Part shown: one piece after another, positions 1 through 8,493 of the stretch
Position numbering within the stretch: position 1 is the first letter of the stretch
How the letters are laid out: every line of letters starts with the position of its first letter
Assembly (NCBI GenBank): GCA_001512495.1
Contig: LFRU01000095.1
Span: forward strand, 9,480-73,479
DNA: 64,000 nt
Source: Syntrophothermus sp. DTU052
GTDB lineage: Bacteria > Bacillota > Syntrophomonadia > Syntrophomonadales > DTU052
Direction: 5' to 3'
Made by a program: the position numbers and the translations under genes
Notes under the pieces: generated by a model
Databases searched by the model: none
The model's input: the letters and a program-made list of their open reading frames with translations, nothing else
What the model was told of the DNA's origin: nothing

Positions 1-81
1 CCGATTCACTTTGACCTCACCAACTATGCCCTGGTAAAGAAATACCGGCAAATCTATCGTGATTATGTGGATCATTGTTAA
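1..81 (+). CDS. 3' end of an upstream CDS (partial, product unknown)
   Basis: Frame 1 is open from the window edge to TAA at 79-81 (...NYALVKKYRQIYRDYVDHC*). Too short to name. Confidence 0.3.
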   Translation, partial: PIHFDLTNYALVKKYRQIYRDYVDHC

Positions 82-330
82 ATGCTTTGGATAAGCCTGC
101 TTCTAAACTGCCTTGTTTTCGTCATCATAATCAACCTGGGACGGTGGGCCCGGTTTCGCCGGCAGCCGGACGCCGATTCGTTTCGCCCATCCATTCTTTT
201 TCCGGTGGCTCTGGGGTTGGTTCTGACCCTGCTGGACAGCCTTCGACTGATATTCATACAGCAACTGGCATTATTTTTGGTAGCGGCTGTACTGATATAC
301 AAGTTAATTTCTGTTTTTCAGCGGAAGTAA
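82..330 (+). CDS. small hydrophobic membrane protein (hypothetical)
   Basis: The ATG directly abuts the preceding stop (TAAATG). The 82-aa product has 2-3 hydrophobic segments. No family recognised. Confidence 0.4.
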   Translation: MLWISLLLNCLVFVIIINLGRWARFRRQPDADSFRPSILFPVALGLVLTLLDSLRLIFIQQLALFLVAAVLIYKLISVFQRK

Positions 331-411
331 AATCAGGTATAATTAAGAGGATTTGCTGTGGGAGTGGCCACGAGCAAATCTGTTTTGGATTACTAGCAAG
401 GAGGGAACTTG

Positions 412-2436
412 ATGAAGGTATACCCAACCCCCAAGATAAGGAACATAGCTTTTATAGCTCATGGAGGCTCCGGAAAGACCACCTTAGCCGAGGCCATGCT
501 CTACAACACAGGCGCCACCAACAGGCTGGGCAAGGTAGATGATGGCAATACGGTATCCGACTTTTTACCCGAGGAGATTAAACGCAAGATCAGCATAAGC
601 ACCAGTCTTGTGCCCTGTGAGTACCGGGATCACAAGATCAATATTCTGGATACGCCAGGTTTTGCTGACTTCTTAGGGGAGGTCAGGGCCGCAGTAAAGG
701 TGGCGGATAATGCCCTGGTAGTGGTCTCGGCCGTTGCAGGGGTTGAGGTGCAGACAGAGATGTTCTGGGAAGAGGCGCAGAACCTTCCCAAGATAGTCTT
801 TGTCAACCGGATGGACCGTGAAAATGCCAATTTTTATAAGACACTGGATGATCTCAAAGATAAGTTCTCCGGTACCATCGTTCCCCTGCAGCTCCCTATC
901 GGTGCGGAAGCCAGCTTTAAGGGAGTTGTTGATCTGCTGAAGATGAAAGCCCTGATATTTGAACCGGGCAGCGGGAAATACAAGGAAGAGGATATTCCCA
1001 CTGATATGATGGCCGAGGTGGAGAGCTATAAAGAACAACTGATTGAAGCGGCGGCTGAAGGTAATGATGATCTTCTGGTCAAGTATCTAGAGGGTGAGGA
1101 ACTGACCGATGAAGAGATCAGGACGGGGATAGCGGATGCCGCCTCCAAAGGTGCGGCGGTTTTCGTGTTCTGCGGTTCGGCTCTTAATAATATCGGGGTA
1201 CTCCCGGTTATGGATTTTATCGTCGACTGCATGGCAGCACCTCATGCCCAAACGGACCAGGATATGTCCGGGGAACCTCTGGCCGCGCTGGTCTTCAAGA
1301 CCATAGCCGACCCCTATATCGGACGCTTGAACTTCTTCAAAGTTATCCAGGGGGAAATAAAGGCTGATTCAGTTGTCTATAACGCTACCAAAGAGAGAGA
1401 TGAGAAGATCGGGCAGATACTGGTAATGCGCGGCAAGGAGCAGCAGGCGGTGCCCGAGGCGAAAAACGGTGATATCGTGGCGGTCGCCAAGCTGGCGGTA
1501 ACTGCCACCGGTGATACCCTGACAGTTAAGGCCAATCCCATAAAGTTGGAGGAGATTGTATTCCCTGAACCTACTCTGGGAACTGCCATTGAACCGAAGT
1601 CCAAGGGAGATGAAGACAAGCTGAGCAATTCTCTGCAGAGACTGATGGAAGAGGACCCAACTATCAGGCTGGAGAAGAATACTGAAACTAAACAGACCAT
1701 CCTCCACACCATGGGCGAAAGCCATACCGACATCATTGTAGAGCGCCTGCAGCGTAAATTCGGAGTAGAGGTAAAAACCGACGAGATGCGCATACCCTAC
1801 CGGGAAACCATCCGCGCCCAGGTTCAGGTGGAAGGAAAACATAAGAAACAATCCGGAGGGCACGGCCAGTACGGTCACGTCTGGTTGCGAATGGAACCGT
1901 CTGAAGAGGAATTTGAATTCGGCGAAGAGATCTTTGGCGGTGTAGTTCCCAAGCAGTACGTCCCGGCGGTGGAAAAGGGTATCCGCGAAGCTATGGCTGA
2001 AGGGGTTCTGGCCGGTTACCCGGTGACCAACATCAAGGCCGTCCTTTATGATGGTTCCTATCATTCGGTTGATTCATCAGAAATAGCTTTTAAAATGGCC
2101 GCCATCCTGGCGTTCCGCAAGGGCATGGAGCAGGCCAAACCGGTTTTGCTGGAACCGATATGTAACGTTGAGGTGGAAATACCGGAGCAGTTCATGGGAG
2201 ACATAATCGGTGATCTCAACAGCAAGCGGGGGCGGGTCCTGGGCATGGAGCCCTGCGGCAAGAATCAGGTGGTAAGAGCCCAAGTCCCATTAAAAGAGAT
2301 GGTCCGTTACAGTATTGACCTGAAATCAATCACCCAGGGACGAGGCAAGTTCAAGATGGAATTCGACCATTATGAGGAGGTGCCTCCCAAAGTGGCCGAG
2401 GAAATAATCGAAAAAACCAAGCGGGAAAGAGAATAG
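412..2436 (+). CDS. elongation factor G family GTPase (EF-G paralog)
   Basis: GTPase motifs AHGGSGKTT (G1), DTPG (G3) and NRMD (G4), with an EF-G-like C-terminal half. SD AAGGAGGG lies 6 nt upstream of ATG 412. The track start 409 is a TTG one codon earlier. Confidence 0.9.
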   Translation: MKVYPTPKIRNIAFIAHGGSGKTTLAEAMLYNTGATNRLGKVDDGNTVSDFLPEEIKRKISISTSLVPCEYRDHKINILDTPGFADFLGEVRAAVKVADNALVVVSAVAGVEVQTEMFWEEAQNLPKIVFVNRMDRENANFYKTLDDLKDKFSGTIVPLQLPIGAEASFKGVVDLLKMKALIFEPGSGKYKEEDIPTDMMAEVESYKEQLIEAAAEGNDDLLVKYLEGEELTDEEIRTGIADAASKGAAVFVFCGSALNNIGVLPVMDFIVDCMAAPHAQTDQDMSGEPLAALVFKTIADPYIGRLNFFKVIQGEIKADSVVYNATKERDEKIGQILVMRGKEQQAVPEAKNGDIVAVAKLAVTATGDTLTVKANPIKLEEIVFPEPTLGTAIEPKSKGDEDKLSNSLQRLMEEDPTIRLEKNTETKQTILHTMGESHTDIIVERLQRKFGVEVKTDEMRIPYRETIRAQVQVEGKHKKQSGGHGQYGHVWLRMEPSEEEFEFGEEIFGGVVPKQYVPAVEKGIREAMAEGVLAGYPVTNIKAVLYDGSYHSVDSSEIAFKMAAILAFRKGMEQAKPVLLEPICNVEVEIPEQFMGDIIGDLNSKRGRVLGMEPCGKNQVVRAQVPLKEMVRYSIDLKSITQGRGKFKMEFDHYEEVPPKVAEEIIEKTKRERE

Positions 2437-2440
2437 ACGG

Positions 2441-2468
2441 AAAAAGGGCTCGAAACGAGCCCTTTTTT
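2441..2468 (+). terminator. intrinsic terminator after the EF-G paralog
   Basis: Hairpin AAAAAGGGCTCG-AAA-CGAGCCCTTTTTT: GC-rich stem followed by a T-run. Confidence 0.75.
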
Positions 2469-2490
2469 ATATCCAGGAGATAATTACCGG

Positions 2491-2519
2491 TTGACGTATA
2501 TTTAGTGACGGTGTAAAAT
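2491..2519 (+). promoter_or_regulatory. sigma-A-type promoter candidate upstream of the structured RNA
   Basis: TTGACG (2491-2496), 17-nt spacer, TAAAAT (2514-2519). Confidence 0.4.
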
Positions 2520-2548
2520 GAGCCTCCATGCAAGCTAAACAAAAATTA

Positions 2549-2557
2549 TGTTATAAT
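2549..2557 (+). promoter_or_regulatory. extended -10 element (second promoter candidate)
   Basis: TGtTATAAT matches the TGnTATAAT extended -10 consensus. The -35 region is weak. Confidence 0.35.
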
Positions 2558-2576
2558 CTTAAATTAAGAATAATAG

Positions 2577-3137
2577 GTGGAGGTTGCAGTATTCTAGTCA
2601 ATCTCACCAGTTCTGAAGGCGGGCCTAAAAATCCGTCACGGGCACATCGATGAAGATTCTGGTGTCAGCTTTCGACGCCCAGTTGGGGGTTGATGCTGGA
2701 AGTTAAGGGTGTCGGGGCAGCCCGCAATGGCATGCGGGAACTGACCCCCCACCCGTGGAGGCTCCGAGGAGAAATCCTTGGGGAAAACCTGCATCTGGTT
2801 GGAAGCTGGGTGCAGTGTAGCCTGCCTTGAGTGGTATGGGCGGATGAGCTGTAGAAGGGCGGTGACCGATGGCCACGGCGCTGTCTATTCTTCTGAAACC
2901 CTTACTGCAAAAGAGGCTAAGAATTGGTCGAGGTTGTCGGGGAAATCCCCTAGACTGTGTGCGAAGGCACAGCCCTCTGTGGATTAAAGTGTGCACTAAG
3001 TGGTAATCCAGCCTCGTGTACGGCGACGTTGCGGGTTGAGCGTAAAGGGAAACCGCCTGCTTGGCGACAAGCAGGATGTTCAACGGGAAAACCTGCTGGA
3101 CCTAAGTCACAGCGTTTACTCAGAGGGCAACCTCCAC
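2577..3137 (+). ncRNA. ole: OLE (ornate, large, extremophilic) RNA candidate
   Basis: About 560 nt containing only short, R/C/G-rich overlapping ORFs. The ends are closed by an 11-bp helix, GTGGAGGTTGC (2577-2587) with GCAACCTCCAC (3127-3137). Internal GC hairpins occur at 2721-2738 and 3056-3075. It sits immediately 5' of an oapA-like membrane protein gene followed by dxs-tlyA-nadK-argR-recN, the known OLE gene neighbourhood. Confidence 0.7.
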
Positions 3138-3165
3138 TTCTGTGTATTTAACAGGGAGTGTATTT

Positions 3166-3747
3166 TTGTCGAGGCTTACAGATAGCAGCATACTTATATC
3201 GGCCCTTTGGGTTGCTTTCTTTACCTTTTTATCCGGTTTGATTATCAGCCTGGGACTAGAGTCGATTATAAATGCGGTTCAGGATCTGTTAATCTCGTTT
3301 CTGCTCCTGGGACTGGTGATACTGTCGGGTATCGTTTCCGATGCCATTGGAACCGCAGCCGCGGCGGCTGACGCGGTTCCGTTTAACGCCATGGCGGCCA
3401 AGAAAATACCAGGGGCCACCCAAGCGGTGAAACTGGTCAAGAATGCCGACCTGGTAGCCAACCTGACCGCTGATGTGGTAGGAGATATTGCCGGAACCCT
3501 CAGCGGAGCAATAGGTGCTTCGATAATATATACATTTAACACCCGGTTTGCCATGTATTCAATTGTGGATACCGTATTCCTGGGAGCGGCTATGACCAGT
3601 TTGATAGCCGCCCTGACCGTCGGCGGAAAAACAGTGGGGAAGAGCATTGCCATCAACAATGCCAACACAATAATCTTCAAGGTAGCCCAAATAATGATGT
3701 GGTTGGAAAACATAACCGGGTTTGAGCTGTTCCCGGGAAGAAGGTGA
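3166..3747 (+). CDS. oapA: OLE-associated protein A-like membrane protein
   Basis: Multi-TM hydrophobic protein located between the structured RNA and dxs, the characteristic OapA position. SD AGGGAG (3153-3158) lies 7 nt before TTG 3166. The track start GTG 3142 has no SD and abuts the RNA closing helix. Confidence 0.65.
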   Translation: MSRLTDSSILISALWVAFFTFLSGLIISLGLESIINAVQDLLISFLLLGLVILSGIVSDAIGTAAAAADAVPFNAMAAKKIPGATQAVKLVKNADLVANLTADVVGDIAGTLSGAIGASIIYTFNTRFAMYSIVDTVFLGAAMTSLIAALTVGGKTVGKSIAINNANTIIFKVAQIMMWLENITGFELFPGRR

Positions 3748-3783
3748 TTAGCTATTCTGCAGAGCATAAATAACCCCTCCGAT

Positions 3784-5643
3784 TTGAAAAGGCTCCCTCC
3801 CGCTAAACTCAAGAACTTATCCCAGGAGATCAGAGACCTTCTGGTCAATACCGTAGCTCAAACCGGGGGTCATCTGGCGGCCAATCTGGGCGTGGTCGAG
3901 CTGACTCTGGCCCTGCATTATGTATACGATCTTCCCAAGGACAAAATCGTGTGGGATGTTGGACACCAGAGTTATGTACACAAGATGCTGACCGGCAGAC
4001 TGGAGAAAATAAACAGCCTGCGCCAGTATCGGGGCTTAAGTGGGTTTCCCCGGGTGGATGAAAGCCCGTACGACATTTTTAATACCGGACATGCCAGTAC
4101 CTCGATTTCAGCTGCAGTTGGACTGGCGTTGGCACGTGATATGCAGCAGGATGACCATTCGGTGGTAGCCGTTATTGGAGACGGAGCCCTAACCGGTGGA
4201 TTGGCCTTTGAAGCAATGAACCATGCCGGTCATCTGGGGCTTGATTTTACAGTGGTTCTTAATGATAACGCCATGTCCATCTCCCCCAACGTGGGAGCGC
4301 TATCCGGCTATCTCCGCAAACTCCGGATGGATCCTGCCTATTCCCAGACCAAGGAAGAGGTGGAGCAGGCCCTCCTCCGTATTCCCGGGATCGGTGCCAA
4401 TCTGGTGAAAGCCGCAGGTAAGATCAAGGATATGGTGAAGTACCTGGTGGTGCCGGGGATGCTGTTTGAGGAATTGGGATTCACATATTTGGGACCCATC
4501 GACGGTCACAATATAGAAGATATGATAGTGGTGCTGCAGAGGGCCCGCCATATCAAAGGCCCGGTATTGGTCCACGTAATTACGGAAAAAGGAAAGGGCT
4601 ATCCTCCAGCCGTTGAAAACCCGGACGTGTTTCACGGGATTGGGCCCTTTGACGTGGCCACGGGGAAGGTCATAAAATCCGGAGTCAAGACGTATACCCA
4701 GGTTTTTGGCGAGTTCATGGTGAGGAAGGCCGCCAGTTCTCCGGACCTGGTAGCTATAACTGCAGCCATGACCAGCGGTACCGGACTTAATGTCTTCGCG
4801 GAAAAATTTCCCGATCGTTTTTTTGACGTGGGCATCTGTGAGGAGCACGCAGTTACCATGGCCGCCGGCCTCGCCAGTGGGGGTATGAGACCGGTGGTGG
4901 CGATTTATTCCACTTTTCTGCAGCGAAGCTTTGACCAGATTATCCATGATGTATGCCTGCAGAACCTGCCGGTAGTCTTCGCCGTCGACCGCGCTGGACT
5001 GGTGGGCGAGGATGGTCCCACCCATCACGGGGTATTTGACCTTTCTTACCTGCGGCAGATACCGAACATGATCGTTATGGCCCCTTCTCACGAGGATGAA
5101 TTAAATGATATGCTGGATTCAGCCTTGAAATACGGGCAGCCGGTAGCCATACGCTATCCACGCGGCAGTGGGGAAGGGGTAGACATTAAAAACAGCCCGG
5201 AATACATTCCGCCGGGCGAGGCACGGCTCTTACAGGAGGGTGATCAGGTTCTGCTGGTTGCCATCGGCCGGATGGTGAACATAGCCATGAAAGCCGCCGT
5301 TTTTCTACGTGAGCGCGGAATTTCTGCGGCGGTTATCAATGCCCGTTTTGCCAAACCGCTGGATACGGATTTGATTGGCTTATGGGCCGGCCGCTGCCGC
5401 CGCGTAGTGACTCTGGAAGAGAATGTCCTTATGGGAGGTTTCGGCGGAGGGGTGGCGGAGGCGATGAACTGTAAAGCAATTAATGCGGAATTCCTGCACC
5501 TGGGAATACCCGACTCTTTTGTGGACCATGGTGCAGTAAGCTGTCTCTTGGAGGATTTGGGGCTTGATGCTCCCGCAGTGGCCGCATCGATAGTCGACCG
5601 CTGGCCGGAGCTGATTAAACAAAGAGCTGTCCGGGGGTTATAG
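3784..5643 (+). CDS. dxs: 1-deoxy-D-xylulose-5-phosphate synthase
   Basis: 619 aa. Typical DXS N-terminus, GHQSYVHK, TPP-binding GDGALTGG, and transketolase-like middle and C-terminal domains. Confidence 0.95.
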   Translation: MKRLPPAKLKNLSQEIRDLLVNTVAQTGGHLAANLGVVELTLALHYVYDLPKDKIVWDVGHQSYVHKMLTGRLEKINSLRQYRGLSGFPRVDESPYDIFNTGHASTSISAAVGLALARDMQQDDHSVVAVIGDGALTGGLAFEAMNHAGHLGLDFTVVLNDNAMSISPNVGALSGYLRKLRMDPAYSQTKEEVEQALLRIPGIGANLVKAAGKIKDMVKYLVVPGMLFEELGFTYLGPIDGHNIEDMIVVLQRARHIKGPVLVHVITEKGKGYPPAVENPDVFHGIGPFDVATGKVIKSGVKTYTQVFGEFMVRKAASSPDLVAITAAMTSGTGLNVFAEKFPDRFFDVGICEEHAVTMAAGLASGGMRPVVAIYSTFLQRSFDQIIHDVCLQNLPVVFAVDRAGLVGEDGPTHHGVFDLSYLRQIPNMIVMAPSHEDELNDMLDSALKYGQPVAIRYPRGSGEGVDIKNSPEYIPPGEARLLQEGDQVLLVAIGRMVNIAMKAAVFLRERGISAAVINARFAKPLDTDLIGLWAGRCRRVVTLEENVLMGGFGGGVAEAMNCKAINAEFLHLGIPDSFVDHGAVSCLLEDLGLDAPAVAASIVDRWPELIKQRAVRGL

Positions 5644-6507
5644 ATGTCCCACGAAAGGGCCGATATCAGACTGTATAAAGAAGGCCTGGCTCCCAGCCGT
5701 GAGAAGGCCCGGGCCTTGATCCTGGCGGGGTTAGTCTTTGCCGACGGGCAAAGGGTTGACAAACCGGGTCAGAAGGTAGACGAAAAGGCCGAACTTCAGG
5801 TAACAGGCAACGACCAACCGAGTTTTGTCAGCCGCGGGGGGATGAAACTCCTGGGAGCAATTAAGGCCATGAATCTGGATTTTACGGATAAGATTGTCCT
5901 CGATGTCGGAGCATCCACCGGTGGGTTTACCGACTGTGCCCTTCAGCATGGTGCCCGCAAGGTTTATGCGGTCGATGTAGGATATGGGCAGCTTGACTGG
6001 AGACTGCGCCAGGACCCGCGGGTTATCATCCGGGAAAGGACCAATATAAGATATGTGAAACCGGAAGATTTTCCGGAGAAGATGGATCTGGCTACAGTTG
6101 ATGTGGCTTTTATTTCCCTCCGGCTGGTTCTGCCGGTGGTATCCCGGCTGTTGACCGCTGACGGGGAGGCAGTAGCCCTGGTCAAACCTCAGTTTGAGGC
6201 GGGCCGCGAACAGGTGGGCAAAAAAGGGGTGGTCAAGAGCCCGGAAATTCATGAAGAAGTGCTCCGGCGGGTGACCCGGCAGGCGGCGGAATGCGGCCTG
6301 ACGCTGGCGAATGCCTGCTACTCACCCATTAAGGGCCCCAACGGTAATATCGAGTTCTTCCTTCATCTGCAGAAGGGGATGATCCCGGCCTGCGATCATT
6401 CGTTACTCTCCCTGGTGGTGGCATCCGCTCATCGAGAGTTGGGTAAACCGATTGCCGGTGGGGAACAACTCGTCAGGGATACAGATGAACCCTCACCCGG
6501 CCAATAA
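5644..6507 (+). CDS. tlyA: TlyA family rRNA 2'-O-methyltransferase
   Basis: S4-like N-terminus (RADIRLYKEGLAPSREKARALI) plus FtsJ-type SAM fold (LDVGASTGGFTD). The ATG follows the dxs stop directly. Confidence 0.9.
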   Translation: MSHERADIRLYKEGLAPSREKARALILAGLVFADGQRVDKPGQKVDEKAELQVTGNDQPSFVSRGGMKLLGAIKAMNLDFTDKIVLDVGASTGGFTDCALQHGARKVYAVDVGYGQLDWRLRQDPRVIIRERTNIRYVKPEDFPEKMDLATVDVAFISLRLVLPVVSRLLTADGEAVALVKPQFEAGREQVGKKGVVKSPEIHEEVLRRVTRQAAECGLTLANACYSPIKGPNGNIEFFLHLQKGMIPACDHSLLSLVVASAHRELGKPIAGGEQLVRDTDEPSPGQ

Positions 6508-6578
6508 CGGGATAGACCAGAGGTGAAAAGCAGTAAGGTTCGAGACTGAAATAGAATTCTTTGACTAGGAGCTTGGAA

Positions 6579-7373
6579 ATGATAGTTGGTTTGGTGCCAA
6601 ACTCTCACCGGAACGCAACTCGCAGGGTGGCTAACGAGGTAGCTCTCATCATGGAATCACAGGGGCTCCGTGTTATCCGGGACTGGAAGGAAGGTGCCGA
6701 GGTTCCTGATCTGCTGGTTGTATTCGGTGGTGACGGAACTATTCTGGGTACTGCGCGGCGGTGTGGTCACCTGGGTATTCCCCTATTAACCATAAATCTG
6801 GGCCGGGTTGGCTTTCTGGCTGAATTGGAGGCCCACGAACTGAGTCAATACCTGCCGCGGATAATCGCCGGGGATTATCACCTGGAGAAACGCATGATGC
6901 TGAAGGTAACCGTCCGTCGGGAAGGTGGCCCCATCTTTCAGAGCGAGGCCTTGAATGAGGCTGCGATCCTGCGGCAGGGAGTTGCCCGCATGATTCGACT
7001 GCAGATACTTATTGACCGGAAACCCTTGATCAGGTACGCTGCTGACGGAATAATCTGCGCTACCCCAACGGGTTCCACTGCTTACTCCCTGTCAGCAGGA
7101 GGGCCGGTGTTGATGCCGGAAACTCAGTTGATGGTTATTACCCCTGTCTGCCCGTTTGCGCCGGCCTTAAAACCTTTGGTAATGGAAGGGAACCATAATT
7201 TGACCATTATTCCGGAGAACGAAAAGGCAGTGCTTACCGTGGACGGACAGGATACAGTCACCCTGTCACCGGGGGACGATGTGGAAATCGAGCGTTCCCC
7301 CTACCATATCAGCCTGGTTAGGCTGAAGGAACAAAGCATTCTTGAGGTTCTGGGCAGGAAATTGCAGCTATGA
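6579..7373 (+). CDS. nadK: NAD kinase
   Basis: GGDGT motif (VVFGGDGTILG) and a conserved C-terminal half (ATPTGSTAYSLSAGGP). SD AGGAG lies 7 nt before ATG 6579. The track start 6561 is an upstream TTG. Confidence 0.9.
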   Translation: MIVGLVPNSHRNATRRVANEVALIMESQGLRVIRDWKEGAEVPDLLVVFGGDGTILGTARRCGHLGIPLLTINLGRVGFLAELEAHELSQYLPRIIAGDYHLEKRMMLKVTVRREGGPIFQSEALNEAAILRQGVARMIRLQILIDRKPLIRYAADGIICATPTGSTAYSLSAGGPVLMPETQLMVITPVCPFAPALKPLVMEGNHNLTIIPENEKAVLTVDGQDTVTLSPGDDVEIERSPYHISLVRLKEQSILEVLGRKLQL

Positions 7374-7942
7374 GTTTTCGCAATGCGGTTAATCTGTCCC
7401 ATCTTTGTGTAAAAATGCGGGTAAAACCGGATGACACGGTGGTAGATGCTACCTGCGGCAATGGGCATGATACACTGTTTTTGGCTCAGATCGTGACCCG
7501 GGGACGGGTTCTTGCATTTGATATTTCACCCCTGGCGATAGCGAATACTGCCGCCAGGCTTAAGGAGCACGGGGTATCTCATCGGGTAGAGTTGTGTCAG
7601 GAAGACTTCCGCAACCTCCGGGCTTACGTAAGGTCACCGGTGGCGGCCATCATGTTTAACCTGGGCTATCTCCCGGGAGCTTCCCGGGAAACGGCTACCA
7701 AAGCCGAGCATTCCAGAGAGGCTGTGGAAACGGCGGTTAATCTGGTGCGGCCGGGAGGGGTGGTTACCGTAGTTTGCTATCCCGGCCATCAGGGGGGAGC
7801 TGAAGAGACGCATGAAATTCTGGCGGTAACCGGAGGCTTGAGCCAGAAAGAATTCGAGGTACTGAAGGTTGATTTCCTAAACCAGGCCCATAACCCGCCG
7901 CTGCTGGTGGCGGTTTACAGGCTGGAAGGGGATAGAGCATGA
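7370..7942 (+). CDS. mnmM: YtqB/MnmM-like class I SAM-dependent methyltransferase
   Basis: VVDATCGNGHDTLFLA, VLAFDI, FNLGYLPG, CYPGHQGG and NPPLLVAV match my memory of B. subtilis YtqB. ATGA overlap with nadK. Confidence 0.7.
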   Translation: MSFRNAVNLSHLCVKMRVKPDDTVVDATCGNGHDTLFLAQIVTRGRVLAFDISPLAIANTAARLKEHGVSHRVELCQEDFRNLRAYVRSPVAAIMFNLGYLPGASRETATKAEHSREAVETAVNLVRPGGVVTVVCYPGHQGGAEETHEILAVTGGLSQKEFEVLKVDFLNQAHNPPLLVAVYRLEGDRA

Positions 7943-8388
7943 AAGCGCGACGTCACATGGCGATACGAGATATTGTGTCCAACCAAAAGATATCAACCCA
8001 GGAGGAGCTGTGTGAAGCCTTATCCGCCCAGGGTTTTATGGTGACCCAGGCTACGGTTTCCCGGGATATCAAGGAGTTAAAATTGATTAAAGTGTTCAGC
8101 CCGGAGGGTTACCATTACGCCCTGCCGGAGGCCCCGCCCCCCAGGTCATCGTTGGACCGGATGCGGAGGCTCTTTCTTGACACGGTGGTGGAGATAACAG
8201 ACAGTGAAAACCTGGTGGTGGTCAAGACCATCCCGGGTTCTGCGCATCTGGTGGCCTCAAACATCGATACCGCGGAGATACCTGAAATAGTGGGAACCGT
8301 GGCCGGCGATGATACCATTATTGTGGTGGTAAAGCCGGCAAACGCGGTTCCTGAGGTAATGAAACGGTTCCGTTCTTTGTTGAAATAA
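7939..8388 (+). CDS. argR: arginine repressor
   Basis: Winged-helix N-terminus (STQEELCEALSAQGFMVTQATVSRDIKEL) and C-terminal GTVAGDDTIIVV. ATGA overlap with the upstream gene. Confidence 0.9.
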   Translation: MKARRHMAIRDIVSNQKISTQEELCEALSAQGFMVTQATVSRDIKELKLIKVFSPEGYHYALPEAPPPRSSLDRMRRLFLDTVVEITDSENLVVVKTIPGSAHLVASNIDTAEIPEIVGTVAGDDTIIVVVKPANAVPEVMKRFRSLLK

Positions 8389-8493
8389 CTACTCCGGGAT
8401 TTGCAACCGGCAGTTTTCTTGGGAATAAGACGTTGGATGCCACTGTTTGGTCCCCGGTTGTAATTGTACAGTCTTGGTAAGGGCTGATGTGTG

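Noticed and set aside
2703-3185. ORFs of 61-126 aa on both strands inside the structured RNA region (2703-3083 minus; 2778-2987, 2957-3151 and 3000-3185 plus).
   Set aside because: They overlap each other, are rich in Arg/Cys/Gly/Pro, and have no SD sequences. The region is better explained as a structured RNA closed by a long-range helix.
4300-5091. 263-aa ORF antisense to dxs. Similar long antisense ORFs occur at 14513-15325, 17061-17741, 18215-18841, 26163-26729, 57405-58115 and 62191-62715.
   Set aside because: Each lies entirely opposite a gene with strong family motifs. Open antisense frames are expected at this GC content. None shows a recognisable motif or an SD sequence.
6530-6560. 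tRNA-like GGTTCGAG string between tlyA and nadK.
   Set aside because: No acceptor stem or cloverleaf can be drawn. It is an isolated T-loop-like hexamer.
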